Shown here in pieces: positions 22,901 to 36,879 of a stretch of DNA of 64,000 bases. Each line of letters starts with the position of its first letter. The stretch's first letter is position 1. This stretch comes from Chiloscyllium plagiosum (taxonomy: Eukaryota): assembly GCF_004010195.1 (NCBI RefSeq), contig NC_057719.1:66584066-66648065 (forward strand), given 5' to 3'. The translations under genes were made by a program, and so were the position numbers. The notes beneath the pieces were generated by a model, which did no database searches, was not told where the DNA came from, and worked only from the letters and a program-made list of their open reading frames with translations.

Positions 22901-25900
22901 ATAGGCCCAAGATAATTAATAACACTGAATTGAATAGTTTTGATTTAAAAGCCGTTAAAGTGCCAGTCGTCCAAAGTGGCCGAGGTTGGGAACACAATTT
23001 TCCAGGATGCTTAATTGTGAGAAGGAATAGGCAAAATAGAAAATCAAAGGTAGTCCTGAGAACAACAGGAAGGATAAAACAGGAAGTTGATTGGGCCATG
23101 GTTCAGCAAATCAAGGATTAGGATCAGTTTGAGTCTGTTTTGAAGACTTTCCTTAATCCCTTTGGGAAATAGTTGGGAAATGTTGAAAGAATCAACAGCC
23201 TGGTAATTAACCTGTGTCATGAATGCTAATTCCATTGCCAACAAATCCTATATTGTAAGATGAATCCACACCACAGCTCATTCTGCTATGAGCTATCTGG
23301 GATATTTGCTGCCACCATCTGCTTCTCTGTTAAGGATCTACAGGGGATGCTTGATCTAATGTGGTAGTGGAAAACAACAAGGTAGTTAAAGGAGAAACAG
23401 CACTTGCCTTAAACAAAATGTAGCTATTTGCATGATAGCAGCTATATGCAAGTTACATTAATATAATAAACATCTTTATACATGGTGATGAACCCTCCTG
23501 TCCTTCTGGAAGCCGAGTTAATTGGGAATATTAAGAAACCAACAAAGGATGACTGAGAAAGAAATGAGCATGGAGATGTTGTTAAGAGGAGATAAAACTG
23601 GCTGGAAATGTAAAATCTTTTTTTCTATATATAAAAAGCAAGAGAATAGCTAAACTGAGAATTGTTTCATAGAGGGTGAGACTGAGGAATTACTGATGGG
23701 AAATAAGTAAATGACAGACACTTTGAAAATATTTTGTATCTGTTATCACTGTAGAAGACACATACTGGATCCCAAGAATAGTACAGATCCCACAGCCAAA
23801 AGATAGTTCCAAATTTGGTTTGGGGAGGGGAAGAGGGGTGACAAGAGTGATGAATGAGCCCTTAACTTATATAAAATATGGTGTGATGCCATTGGGTTGG
23901 CATCCGGCCAGTCTCTGATCATATGGAAGCTGAACAGGTGCTGAAGTTGGATGTTTACCAGCCATTTTGAATCAACAATTAGTTTAGAGCTTGTTAAAAA
24001 CCCAATTAACTGCAACATTTCAGTGCCTACTTCATATTATGGTATTTGATTTGGGGTGAAAGTGCAAACCATGGTTGCACTGAATGATGGAGCTGACTCA
24101 GACGAATGGTCTACTGCACTTATTATTGATTTTTTGCAAAATGTAGAAAATCTTGGTGTTTATTAAAGTAATCTGATTGATGGATATTTTTATTATAAAT
24201 CCAATATAGATAAGATATTTAATTGGCCACACTGGTAACTGGGTAACATGTGCAAATATAAATTGTGACCAATGGAGTGGTTAGACTAGTGAGCAACAGT
24301 GTGCTCCTCCAACACTGGTTGTAACAATCTGTAAAAATAAACACATGGGAAAAGTTATCTTGACACTTTAGCTTGAAGGATAAAATGTTTTAAATTCTGG
24401 ACAGCAATAAAGTTTCAAAGTTTGACAAGAAAGTTGAAGCATTTTTACTACATGCTTCTATTAAGCATGTATGTAGGTAGTCATAGAGAGGTCACGTGCT
24501 TCGAGTGTAATGTGTCAGTAGTCCTACAAGGGCTGTTTAAATCATTCTCAGCTGTTGGCATTCTAAACCAGCACTGTAGGAGGTTCTGATAGGTACATAA
24601 AGGAAATCATAAATACCTTAGAAGCTGAACATGATGTGAAATCCATTTATTGCTGTTGCCATGGAAGGCAAGGGCTGCATAATTTCACCAATTTTATGGC
24701 TTTGTTTTATTGTGTGTGTGAAAAAATAATGCTATTGTGTAGAAGACACAGGTTCAGATTTAAAGGTGGTAGTTTTAAAGGTACAGAAGAAAGCCATGTT
24801 TCCAGTGAAACGTAAGAACCCACTCTACTGTACTCCCCTGTCTATTACAGTTTCAATTTGGGGCCTGGATTTTCCATAGAGGTATGCTGCCCAAGAGCTG
24901 TACAGTTAAGCATGGCTTCCATCTATCCACTATGTTGACTGTTGATCCTAATGTCTTTTAACACACCATGTGAACTCCAGGCACTGGGAATGCTTTGGTC
25001 TGTGAATTTTACTTTACAAAAAGGAAATGGCAGCATGTTGCAGCTTTTACAGATCTGCAAAAGTGTTTCTTCCCCTTTTCATTAATTCTCTGACTCTGAG
25101 CGCTGCCAGCAAAGCAGGATGTATTATTCCCATCTTTAATTAATCTTGAGAAGATTGTGGCGCTGCTTCTTCCTACAGTTGCTTGGAGTCCCTATAATGA
25201 AGTTTCTGGTGGCTGGGAGTTACAGGCTTTTAACTGCCATGTGGAACCGACAGTGATATACATCAATAAATTTGCGACTGTATCGATATGGTAAGTGACT
25301 TGGACCAGGACGTAGTGACAATCTTCATTTGAACCGTTTATCCCTGTCCTTCCACAGTGCTGTAAATAAAACCTTAGCAAATTGCTGGAGTGTATCTAGT
25401 AGAAAGTACAGTCTCTCAGCATGGTCCACTGTTGGATAGAGCCAGTGTGTGTTTACTGTAGTAGATGTGGTGCAAAAAATGAGAATTGTTTTCTCCTTTT
25501 GTTCATTTTGAGTATTGTTGCAGCTGTAATCATCCAGGCAAGTGGAGCATACTTCTTTGTTCTATTGACTTGTGCTTTATATGTAGCAGATTACCTTTGC
25601 AAAGTCAGGAAGTGAGCCATGAGTTATCCAGCTCCTGGCACATTATAAGTTTAAAAGGTGCGATGCACTTTATGACATAACGACAGCATTTAGGTTACTA
25701 ATTCAGTTGATGTTAGGCAATTGTTATGCCATTGGTTCTTGTTGGTCATTGGTGGCATGTGATAGAAGTGTTATGTGACTCTTCTTGGCCCCAGTTTTGC
25801 AGCATGCATGAATTTTTGGAATGGTAAGTGGAGCTGCAGTAACCATTTTGACCTTATGGTCGAGGATGGTCATTGAGGAATTAGCTGCCTTGAGTAATTA

Positions 25901-28171
25901 CTCTGGCAGAGTCCTGGCACTGAGGTAACAGTCCTCCTAACAATCTCAACAATTTTCTTATGTGATAAGTATGATACTAGTCACTGGAGTATTTTGCCTC
26001 TGATTCTCATTGACTACAGTTTCATGAGAACTCCTTGGTGCCTTATTTGATCAAATGATTTCCTGGTGCCAAGAACAGTTACTCAGTGCACCTCCCTCTC
26101 TCCTTAAAGACTCTTTTCCTGTGACCAGAATTACAAGCATTACCCAGAATTGAAAAGTCTGCTGGTATACTGTAGAGCATACATCCATATCCTCTCCTCA
26201 ATCTTCTAAAGCAGATGCAGAAGTAAAGAACAGAGAGTTGAAGAACAGGATGAAGATGAAAAATACTGACTCAAATGAAAGAAGATTAATCATCTTTTCC
26301 AAGCAGATGAAGAAAGAACAGTCAAGCTAATCTTAAATGCTAAAATCTACTAAACATGCTTGAAACTTGTATGGCATTGGCGAAGACTGTGGCAAAGTCT
26401 TTCAATCACTTGTTATCTGGTACTTTAGCATTAAGATTTGCACATAAAGTTTGTGAATGGTTTTGATGAAGTGTCATGAATAATCGTTGAGTGACTGAGA
26501 ATGCACAAAGAATGATTTGCAAAATAAAATAAAAGGGAAGTGGAGTATACCAAGTCATGTTCATCACATCATTATTATTTCCAAATAATTTCCTTGGAAA
26601 TAATGAGATATGGAGCAAGGATATTATAATATGATGGTGGTCTATTTTAGTCAGGTGTACGTGCGGCATTGTGCCACATTCCTATTTAAGGACATCAACC
26701 TGTTGATTAATATTTGTGATTTATTATTTTTTTGCTTGGCTTACACTAATCTTTGGTCAGTTCTGCCCTCCAGTTTGATATTGCTTTCCACAGGAGAAAG
26801 GGACATGAATTTGAATGGTGCAGGAATAAGAATGCTTCCTAATAGGGTGGACAAAAAGTTAGGTGAGTCAATGTCTTAGTAGCTACACGGACCTCAACCA
26901 GTCAACAAACAGCATAGATGGAGTTTTGGCAACAAAGCACATGCTGACTCTTCGGGGCTTTGGTACATTATCAGCAGGCTCTTGCAAAACAGAGACATGA
27001 GTTGTAAAACATCAATCTCATTAAATTTCTGGATTTCAGCAAAGAAAATTATTCAAAGGTATCACAGAAGGTTCATTTCCATCTTTTAGTAATTCCTTTG
27101 AACGTTGACGGGGTTTTGCAAATGTTTAATACTGAGTATATGTCAGTTTTTTTTAGTGAGCTTGTAAATCCTTCACAATAGTCAACTAAATGAATCGCAA
27201 AACATTCCTATTTACTGTGATCAGAGTTGCTAATGCAGTTTTTTGTAAAGGTTGACCTCCGGTTTGAATCATCAATGTAATTTTCATTCATACATGACAA
27301 ATATTGAATTTAAAGGCAGTTTTTTCCCATTAAATCATTAAAATAGTGTCTTTGTCAAGAAGCATTTCAATAAAATATATTTTCTGTGCATTAATTTAAT
27401 CCAGTGGAAGGGTGACAGAAGGGGATCCAATCTGGTGGGTAGGCTCATGGAATCTGACCTAGAATCCAGTGACAATCTGGGCATCATACTGGCCGCAGGC
27501 AGGGTTTCCTCCTCTAAATGGCCATCAGGTCTTGGTGGGAGAGACCTCTGGTCCTTGCTGCCTGAACAAGGCCCACAGCTGGTTTGAAGGGAATGATGTG
27601 GCTAACCTTACTGACAACATGCAACTCAGTCTCACTAGCTGTCCAGCTGGCACCCCAAACTGCCGTAACCTAGACAAGGTTTTGCCCAATGGAAAGGTGT
27701 AGGTGAATAAATATTTCGAAAGGAGCAAATAAATAATTCCCTGAAAGCATTTTTTCAAAATGCTTTTTTACGGTTTCCTGAAGAGTAATTCAGATAATAG
27801 GAGTCAATAAGTAACAATGCATTTATAAATTGATATTGCCAAGACAACATATGTCAACTATTTATGGTTCTGGGTTCCCTATTTAAAAAAAAGAACAATA
27901 ATCAGAGACTGTGGATTCAATTTATTTCGGTATGTTTGTGTTGCAGTAATTGTTTTAATGTACAAATTGTTAGGTGATCTGTGTAACGAAGATGAGTCCA
28001 AAATTTAGCAGAGAACGCTGCTTTACATATAATTAATTTGGCTGCAAGTTTGATAATTTCTGAATTATGGCTGAAAGTAATTATATTTGAGACTTACATT
28101 AAATGCTATAACTTTGACAAAAGATCATGTTTCAAAAATTAATAATTTTTAAATTATCAATCATTTTTCAG

Positions 28172-28264
28172 CATGTGAGAAAGAAATAACACTCGTTTGC
28201 CGGAAGTCATCAGAGCAGGAGCTCCAACCTTTCAAAGAAAAAATGGAAGAATTTATTCAAAATG
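28172..28264 (+). CDS. FMN1: Formin-1 FH2 exon, 93 nt, phase 1/1
   Basis: tcatttttcAG|CATGT...AATG|GTaagt. With the carried G it reads ACEKEITLVCRKSSEQELQPFKEKMEEFIQN (LQPFK motif). Confidence 0.93.
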
Positions 28265-29779
28265 GTAAGTTTTTGCACAACTGTGCAGTCTACTACCATT
28301 GAAATGTAAATCGCATTGCTAGATTCCATGTTATATTTGCAGTAAAAATGCAGTAGTTCATCTGCACTGAAAGCTGAAATTTGTTGCAAAGTGTCTTAAT
28401 TAGGTCACTTCAGACATATAATATTCACATAACAATTCATAGTTATATTTCTTTGATGAAAAATGAGTACCCTGGTAAGGCCAGTATTGATGCCTAACCC
28501 TAAATGTCACTTCAGAGAGCAATGAGGAATTAACCACATTTAGACCATACCAGATAGGTAGGAACCAAATAGGTTTTTATACATAATAGATGATCGTCCT
28601 GGTCACAATTACTGAGACTAATTTATTTTCCACCTGCTGACGTTTAAACCTGTGCCCTCACAGCATTGATCTAAATCTCTGGACTACTGATTGATTTACC
28701 AATGCATCACCATCTCTAATCAGTCTGTTCATGGAGCCAGTAGCAACTACTCAATGCAGTTCTTAGTTTTCTTCTCGATTCTACATTTTAATCAACACCA
28801 AATTGATCTTCTTGTAGCTCCATTCCTGAGCCCAATGGCATTGTAACCTCCTTCTGGGTTGACATTCATTATTAACAAACCCCACAACGTTTCTGTTGGG
28901 AAGCGAGAAAAGTCCATTAAGATAAATGCAAGAATGCATTTTCTTAATGGTGCTAAAAGGAGCAGGGCAACCTCTCTGGAACCCTGAAGGAAAGTTTGGT
29001 TCCATGTTGACCTGATCTCCCTTTCATCAGTAGCTGTGACATCTTTACAGCCAGCATGTCTGGTGGAAACCATTTGACTTTCAATGAGGACACCCTTGAG
29101 TAGCAATGTGCCTTGAGGTCCCATCTCCAGGTGGCAGCACCTCAACGTGGGCTGGCTTGTTGAAAGCCTTGATCTCCTGGAATTTTGCAGAAAAGTATCC
29201 TTCCTTCCTGGTCTGGTTACAGCCCGCTGAATCACCATGTCCAGATCTCAACCCTGTAACTGTCAGGTCCTCACAGTCCACTTTCACACCCGGTTATTGA
29301 GAGTGTAAGATCAAGTATTGGTGCATTCTGATCACTTTCATGGGAGAGCAGTCCTTCCTCCATCCCCGTCTGAGTTTGTCTGGGCAATAGTTCCTCTGTA
29401 TCTGAAAATAAAAACAGAAAGAAAAGGAGTTAGAGAAGGCAGATGGGGGTGCCAGTGATTCAGGAGGAAATCAGAACTTTCATGATTACTCCATCTTCAC
29501 TTGATGCCATATTTCAAGGTGAGAGGAGGAAGGAGCATAAAACATTCATTTACCGCCATCCTGAGCAGTCTTTGGATGTGGTGCCACACTACTCTGGCTC
29601 CCTGATACAGCCTACCATATCTTGCACGTGTCTGAGGTGATGGACTTTTAGAGACTCTCTCTATGATTTTGTGCCTTCATTTAATGTTATGGACAACCTT
29701 CTACAATTGAGAGCAGTGTGATTGTGGATAGTATATTTGGATAATGTACCTGCCATTATTGACTAGTAGCTGGTGTTTG

Positions 29780-29905
29780 AAGTCAGGGAGTGGTGGGAGT
29801 GATGATGGTAGCATTGGTAAATATATGGATGATACTGTGGACATCTCCAGACCACTCCAGAAGAGGTCACAGTCACCCATGAAGTGGCTGCTGGCCTGAA
29901 AGCTC
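29780..29905 (-). mobile_element. Possible Harbinger transposase fossil fragment
   Basis: ASSHF.G..DL..GV...VHSIIHIFTNA resembles ASGSFQ..GDLCGVSQ..VH.CI..VT.A; short and frameshifted. Confidence 0.4.
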
Positions 29906-31697
29906 ATCTGCTCTTTGACAGATCTTACGCTTCATCCTACAGGGGCCCCAATAACTCACCTAACTAGTCAAACCTGATTGGGAATTGGTTTAATCACCCA
30001 TCACCAAATCATGATTCAGGCTATATGGGTTGACAGGGTAACAGTCACAGGAAGTCCATTTTTCCCAATCTGACTATTGTCTAATATGGTGCAAATGGTG
30101 AAAGAGCAACATTGGATTCTGTTATTATGGCCAGAATATATCTGGGTCCAATAATAACTCTATTACTTAAATTAGAAATTGAAGAGATAGTATTATGAGG
30201 TCTGGCATTCTAGTTTGGTTTGTATTGATCCCCATAAAGACCATTAATAGTTTTTTAAAAAGAAAGGAATGCCAACAATGCTAATAGAAAACTATCAGAC
30301 AAGGTTTCAATTTTTAAGCTTTTACTTTAACAAATTAGCTTAAAAACATCATAATTCAAACATTAACTCAGAGGAAAAGCATATTTCAAACAAAGAGATC
30401 AATTTTGCTTTAAATAGTTGATACAGTATGATAAACCTCACAAAACTGCAAGCACTCACTTTAATTCTCACGCAAATGTGGCGTCAAAAGCAGTGTTAAA
30501 GTCTTTGCAACTTACCCCCTGTTTTGTAGCATTTTTCATTTCACATCCAATCATTTGGCCCTTGAGTCTCAATTCCCAGCAACCATATTCCCATCCTGAA
30601 GTACCTGGATATGGTTACCACCAACAAGGCATGTTGGTGGTAATCATGACTGATCTGATTACAGAATTCCCAGGAACTTCTCCAACCTCTTTAACTGGTC
30701 TTGTGGATTCTGGAAATACTAAGACAACAACTATGGATCATGCCCAGTTCAGAATCCCTTGCCCTTCCTGTCTTCAACTTTCTGCAATTTCCAATTATTT
30801 CACATAGGTGCACAGTCCTTATTCTCAGAAACCTCCTTCAACACCAGGATTTGTTCAAAGATTCTCAAACAGAAAAACTGTTTCATCCAGAGAGAACTTT
30901 GCTTGTTCCCCCTTTACACAACTTTTCAGTGTGCTTTATGAATCAGACAAAAAAAATTGGCTGATCAAACCTCACTGTGATAGCTTTGGTTCCCGAAACA
31001 CATTAGTCATCACACGTTATTCAGAGGATCAGTCACCATTACTCTTTAGATCAATGAAAGTCTCTGAGAATATGAAATTTGTGCTGTCAAAATGTTTTGT
31101 TAGCTGTTTCAATAAGAAGGCTCCAATCCATACTAACAATTATTAACTTGATTTTTGTCTTGTAAAGTGTGGTATAAACATCAAAATCAAATATAGCTTC
31201 AAATGGATTCACAGTTTTAATAATCCCAGGGATATCTGAGTCATAAACATTTTGTTTTTGGCATGTACTCCACTATATTCTTACATTTCCTGACAAACCA
31301 ATGTTGCTTTTTAAATGTACTTGCTCAATTTATCTTAATGGATGTGTATTGTCAATCAACTCAAAAGGTGATAAGCATAATTACTACTAACCTCATATTC
31401 TCATAACTTCTGTATGTGGATTGTACATTCCAGGCATTTGCCAATTGAATGCTTGTGACTAAAATATACTCAGAATGGATGTCAAGATCAGTACCTAAAC
31501 ACTAGTCATTATGTGTAATGGCACAAATGAATTTTCAGGACTAAACTGCTGCTGTAATGATGGGATATTTTAAACAACTGCAATTATTTTTTGTCCCATG
31601 TCTAATGTACAGGGTTTCTTTTGTTATTTTGTTTAAGAATTTTATTTAAAACAAAATAAACATAAATTCTGTAGGTATTGTATATAAGTGGTGACCA

Positions 31698-31969
31698 TGG
31701 GCAGCATTGTGGCTCAGTGGTCCGATTTCCGCCTCAGGCGACTGTCTGTGTGGAATTTGCACATTCTCCCCTGTCTGTGTGGGCTTCCTCCCACTATCCA
31801 AAGATATACAGATCAGGTAAATTGTCCATGCTAAATTGCCCATAGTGCATTAGTTAAGGGTATATATAGGGTAGGGGAATGGGTCTGGGTGGGTTACTCT
31901 TTGGAGGGTCAGTGTGGACTTGGTGGACCAAAGGGCCTGTTTCCATACTGTAGGGTATCTAATCTAATC
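31698..31969 (+). mobile_element. HE1-type V-SINE with internal deletions
   Basis: Similar to the 8274 copy; (AATCT)n tail. Confidence 0.85.
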
Positions 31970-32622
31970 ATGACTCCTTTCCTGTGATGTATAAATGATA
32001 CAAATTTAATGTAACCAATTAGATTTTGAACAGTTCTTTTAACTGCAGGCTGGCTTTTATTCATATTAGTGCAGTTTAAAGTACATTGTCGCCAACAATT
32101 TTATTTTAATGCAGGGTAAATAGCAAAGCTAGTAAGGCAGCAATGTTACGAAGTTCAGTTTTTCAACAATAGTGCCCCATGAGTATTCTGCTGAATATCT
32201 CAATCTGGACCAAATTAAATATTAGGCTATTTATAAAAACTTAAAATATAAAAACTTAAAAATGTACAGCGGGCTCTGGCAAAAGATTCATTTTGTCTTA
32301 TTTTGGGTATTGCAACATAAATTGCAATTTATGATCAAAGGAAAGAATTTAAACTTGACCAGAGTTAATCTGCATAAACCCCAATAAGAAATGTGGGAAA
32401 GCAAGTAAGCCACACCCACTCATTGTTAAGTTCTTGCCCCCCTGGTGCATACACGATTGTTGCGTGCAACCAGTGCTACCTGTGTTGTGCATTGTCTGCA
32501 CCCATCAGCAAAGGGTCCAATTTTGCAGGTGACAAGCGTTATTAGAGGCAGCCTGCAGCTTTTAAAAGAGAGGTGCACTGCGGCTGAAACAAGTGTTGTG
32601 ACTATTTTGTAAATTGAACCTA

Positions 32623-33725
32623 TAGAGTCGTAGAGTCAGAGAGACGTACAGCATAGAAACAAACCCTTCGGTCCAATTCATCCATGCCACCCAGAAATCC
32701 CAAATAAATCTAGTATCATTTTCCAGCATTTGGCTCATAAATGCTTCCTATTCATATACCCATCCAGATGTTTTTTAAATGTTGTAATTGTACCAGCCTC
32801 CACCACATCCTCTGGCAGCTCATTCCATACACGCACCACCCTCTGCATGAAAAGGTTCCCCCTTAGATCCCTTTATAAATCTTTCCCCTTTGACCTTAAA
32901 CCTATGCTCTCTAGGTTTGGACCCCACTACCCTGGGGTAAAGACCTTATCTATTCACCCTTTCCATGCTTGTTGTGATTTTATAAATTTTTATAAGATCA
33001 CCCCTCATCCTCTGATGCGCTAGAGAAAATAGCTCCAGCCTATCCAGCCACTCCCTATAGTTAAAACCCTCGAGCCCTGACAACATCCTTGTAAATCCTT
33101 TCTGAACCATTTCAAGTTTCAAACCATCTTTCCTATAGCAGGGAAACCAGAATTGAATGCAGTATTCCAAAAATGGCCAAAACAATGTCCTGTTCAGCTG
33201 CAACATGACTGCCTAACTCCTACACTCAGTCTACTAACCAATAAAGGAAAGCATACTAAACACCTTCTTCACTATCTTATCCACCTGCAACTACTTTCAA
33301 GGAACTGTCAACCAGCACTCCAAGGTCTCTTTGTTCAGCAACACTCCCCAGGACCTTATTATTAAGTATATAAGTCCTGCCGTGATTTGCCTTTCCAAAA
33401 TGCAGCACCTCACATTTATCTGAATTAAACTCCATCTGCCACTCCTCGGCCCATCTGATGTAGGTCTCATTGTACTCTCAATTAACTTTTTTCCCTGTCC
33501 ACTACACCTCCACATTTGGTGTTACCTGGAAATGTAACAACCATACCTGCTATATTCACATCCAAATGATTTATATAAATGATGAAAAGCATTGGACCCA
33601 GTGCCGATCCTTGCGGCACACCTCTGATCACAGGCCTCCAATCTGAAAAGCAACCCTCACCATCATCTTCTGTCTCCTACTTTCGGGCCAGTTATGTATC
33701 CAAATGGCTAGTTCTTCCTGTAGTC
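32623..33725 (-). mobile_element. CR1-clade LINE (HER1-like), 5'-truncated, about 1.1 kb
   Basis: ORF 32946-33206: LEYCIQFW.P.YRKD..KLE.VQK.FTRML.GLEG..Y.E.L.RL.LFSL...RMRGDLI. VPQGS-ALGP RT motif near 33590-33620. Confidence 0.92.
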
Positions 33726-33822
33726 CGTGTATGCTGCATTATGTTGAAGAACCATTGGACATCTCAGAGAACCAAGGGCAGGATGTGTGTTTAAAAGCTT
33801 ACTTCAACATTGATTGTAATGT

Positions 33823-34342
33823 TTCAACTCCCCCTCCCACTCTGCCGAGGACATGGAGGTCCTGGGCCTCCTTCACCGCCGCTCCCTCACCACCAGACGC
33901 CTGGAGGAAGAACACCTCATCTTCCGCCTCGGAACACTTCAACCCCAGGGTATCAATGTGGACTTCAACAGCTTCCACATTTCCCCTTCCCCCACCTCAT
34001 CCTAGTTTCAAACTTCCAGCCCGCACTGTCCCCTTGACCTGTCCGGACTTGTCCGACCTGCCTAGCTCCTTTTCCACCTATCCACTCCACCCTCTCCTCC
34101 CTGACCTATCACCTTCATCTCCTCCCCCACTCACCTATTGTACTCTATGCTACTTTCTCCCCACCCTCACCCTCCTCTAGCTTATCTCTCCATGCTTCAG
34201 GCTCTCTGCCTTTATTCCTGATGAAGGGCTTTTGCCCGAAACGTCGATTTTGCTGCTCGTCGGATGCTGCCTGAATTACTGTGCTCTTCCAGCACCACTG
34301 ATCCAGAATCTGGTTTCCAGCATCTGCAGTCATTGTTTTTAC
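33823..34342 (+). mobile_element. Young Penelope-like element 3' end (GIY-YIG C-terminus, C-rich region, terminal repeat)
   Basis: 33823-34005 is open: FNSPSHSAEDMEVLGLLHRRSLTTRRLEEEHLIFRLGTLQPQGINVDFNSFHISPSPTSS*; CpGs retained. Confidence 0.9.
34214..34250 (+). ncRNA. Minimal type-I hammerhead ribozyme motif in the Penelope terminal repeat
   Basis: CTGATGA (34218-34224), A, stem II GGGC-TTTT-GCCC, GAAA-C, GTC triplet (34243-34245) with palindromic ACGT in place of stem III. Stem I is short and imperfect (ATTC/GATT). Confidence 0.7.
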
Positions 34343-34649
34343 CACCAAGATTATAACCAAACTGAGCCTAAGAAAATAACTTGGCTGAACACAGAAATTG
34401 TGAAAAGGAGTCTTGGGGGGAGGTGGTAAATTTTTATCTGGTTTATTTACTTCATGCAAGAATTGAAGTCAGACAAGTAAGAGAATGAAAGTTTTAAGAT
34501 GTCAAGAGGCAGTAGAAGAATAGAACAAAAAATGATTGATTTGGCATTATTTGTGGAGTCTAACACTTTGCTTGTGGTAATGCTACCTGGCCAAAGTTTA
34601 CAGAATGTGAGAAATTCACTTGTCACAGAAAACACACCCAATTACATCA

Positions 34650-34910
34650 GGAAACAGGTACAAGCTCGGAACATGCAAGTTATGCTCAATGAATTATTCT
34701 CCAGGAGGCTAGCAATTTGAGAATGCCCTGGAGCATTGCCTTGTTGCTTAGCAACCTCCTTAGGAAAGATGAAGACACGACTGCTCTTGCTGAAGAGTGC
34801 ACCAGTCAACCTGCTCCGTAAATTCATAGACGTTGCTAGGTTCATCCATTGCAGATGGCCGTGGTCCTGAGAATAGAAATTGAGACCACAGTTACCTTAA
34901 AGGTCAAAGG
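34650..34910 (-). mobile_element. PIF/Harbinger transposase fossil
   Basis: KVTV..NFY, then TGALFSKSSRVFIFPKEVAKQQGNAPGHSQIASL, matching recalled VTDALF.RA..YI.FP.....Q.E.A.GF..IAGF. Confidence 0.65.
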
Positions 34911-35389
34911 TTTGGTGTGTATGCCATACTGCTAGGCTTCTGTAATTGCTACCTCAGTCATGGCCTTACTATGTTGACTATTCACTGTTTGAGTTAGAAG
35001 ATCCTCCTGAGAAAAACTCTGCTGGCAGCCGTCATTGAGCTATGTTGTTGTTCATGCTTTTGCACCAGCAAATGGAGATATACACCATCATATTTGCAGC
35101 TGCATCCTCTTCCGCTTCCGTCAGTGAGATAGGGAGATTCAGCAAAGCATCCATTGTACGCCCTTGCGCACACAAAGTGCTGCAAAAAGTTACTTCCCAG
35201 AAGGTTTCCACAGAAATATCTTCACCACAAAAGTCAACAGACGTCTTCAAAGCCCACCGACAGCTTTAAGCTATTAACTCAGCAAAGCCGAACACCTCTT
35301 TATGGATATGCATATGATTCACTAAGATATATGTCAGTGTTACTTTGACTAGCCTGTATGTGCCTTGGGACCCATCATAATGTGGTTGG

Positions 35390-35646
35390 CGATTAGATTA
35401 GATTAGATTAGATTAGATTAGATTACTTACAGTGTGGAAACAGGCCCTTCGGCCCAACAAGTCCACACCGCCCCGTCGAAGCGCAACCCACCCATACCCC
35501 TACATTTACCCCTTACCTAACACTACGGGCAATTTAGCATGGCCAATTCACCTGACCTGCACATCTTTGGACTGTGGGAGGAAACCGGAGCACCCGGAGG
35601 AAACCCACGCAGACACGGGGAGAACGTGCAAACTCCACACAGTCAG
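35390..35646 (-). mobile_element. HE1-type V-SINE, young, 5'-truncated
   Basis: Near-identical to 7699-7946; (ATTAG)n on the + strand. Confidence 0.9.
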
Positions 35647-36879
35647 TTAGCTGCCCACTTAATCATATTCAAGAAGGTGGCACAACAGCACCTTTTGTGG
35701 ATAATAAATGCTGAGGTTGCCAGTGCTATCCATATCCTATGAACGAATTAATAAACATTGTCATTTAAATTCCTCTCTATTTCTCTCACTGCTTTAATGC
35801 CCTTTTAAAGTGCAGATTCTTATTATTTTGGATCATTCAATGAGTGAGGATTATAAGAATACTTAAGTAATTTAATTGAATCCAAATATAGGCATGAAAT
35901 TGTAGTGTAGTCCCAAAGCACAATTTCAATTGCATAGTAATACTTTGTCAAATAACAAACTCTTCAATAAACAACATTCCACTCGAGGCTGGCTTTCCAT
36001 TGACTGCTCCCATTGTAGTGTTTTATTTACTTGTGTGCTTCTTTATAAAAATTTAATAAGTGCTATAATCCATTGAAAAACTTAAGAATCACAGTTGACT
36101 CAGCCAAAAATAACTTGTGTGTTCTAATAAACACGTTGGTTAGAGGCCTTAGTATTTATTCAGTTTGCAAAAGTCATTTATTGACTGTATACTTAGAGAT
36201 TTCTATGTTTATCACACATATTTGACACAGTAAATTTTATGTTGATTCCAGAAGCTGAGAACCTATTTTATTTTAACTAGTCATCTGTGGATATTTTGGG
36301 CACCATATTTATATTGAATATCTTTATATAAGTAAATAAGCATTTTATTTCAAGTTTTATATTACAATAGAAATAAAAGTTTCCAAACAAATTTAGATGT
36401 TTTTCCAATATATGTTTTGCTTGTTTTGTATAAGTTCATGAATGTTTTTGTTCATGAGTGATGACAGTGAATTCTAGGCTTAAGCTTCTATTATATTTTG
36501 ATGCTTGTCCTAAGAATCGTGGCTTAGGAGATGTGCTGGAGCATTTAAATATGAGCAGTCAGTCCAGAGTTCAGCACCTCCAAATAATATGAAATCAATC
36601 CCTCTCTGTAGGATACAACAACAACAAATTGTGAAATTTGTGAAAAGAATTACGAGTACGTTCTGGATGCTTTTGACAGATGCAAACCATACTAGTATAA
36701 ACTGATGACCATTTATTGATTACTTTCACTATTTACAAAAGCCTGTTAACCCCAGAAGGCTGTAGAGTGCTTCATCAGAAGTTTTTCCTCCATCTTGCAA
36801 TGTGCATCATGAAACATTGTAGAACGTCTGCACAGACCACAGTTATGCCTGTCTTTTTTTGTGGAAAACCAGGAACATT

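Noticed and set aside
21570..23500. Purine-rich stretch suggestive of a decayed LTR-retroelement interior
   Set aside because: No gag, protease, RT or integrase motif that I can read with confidence.
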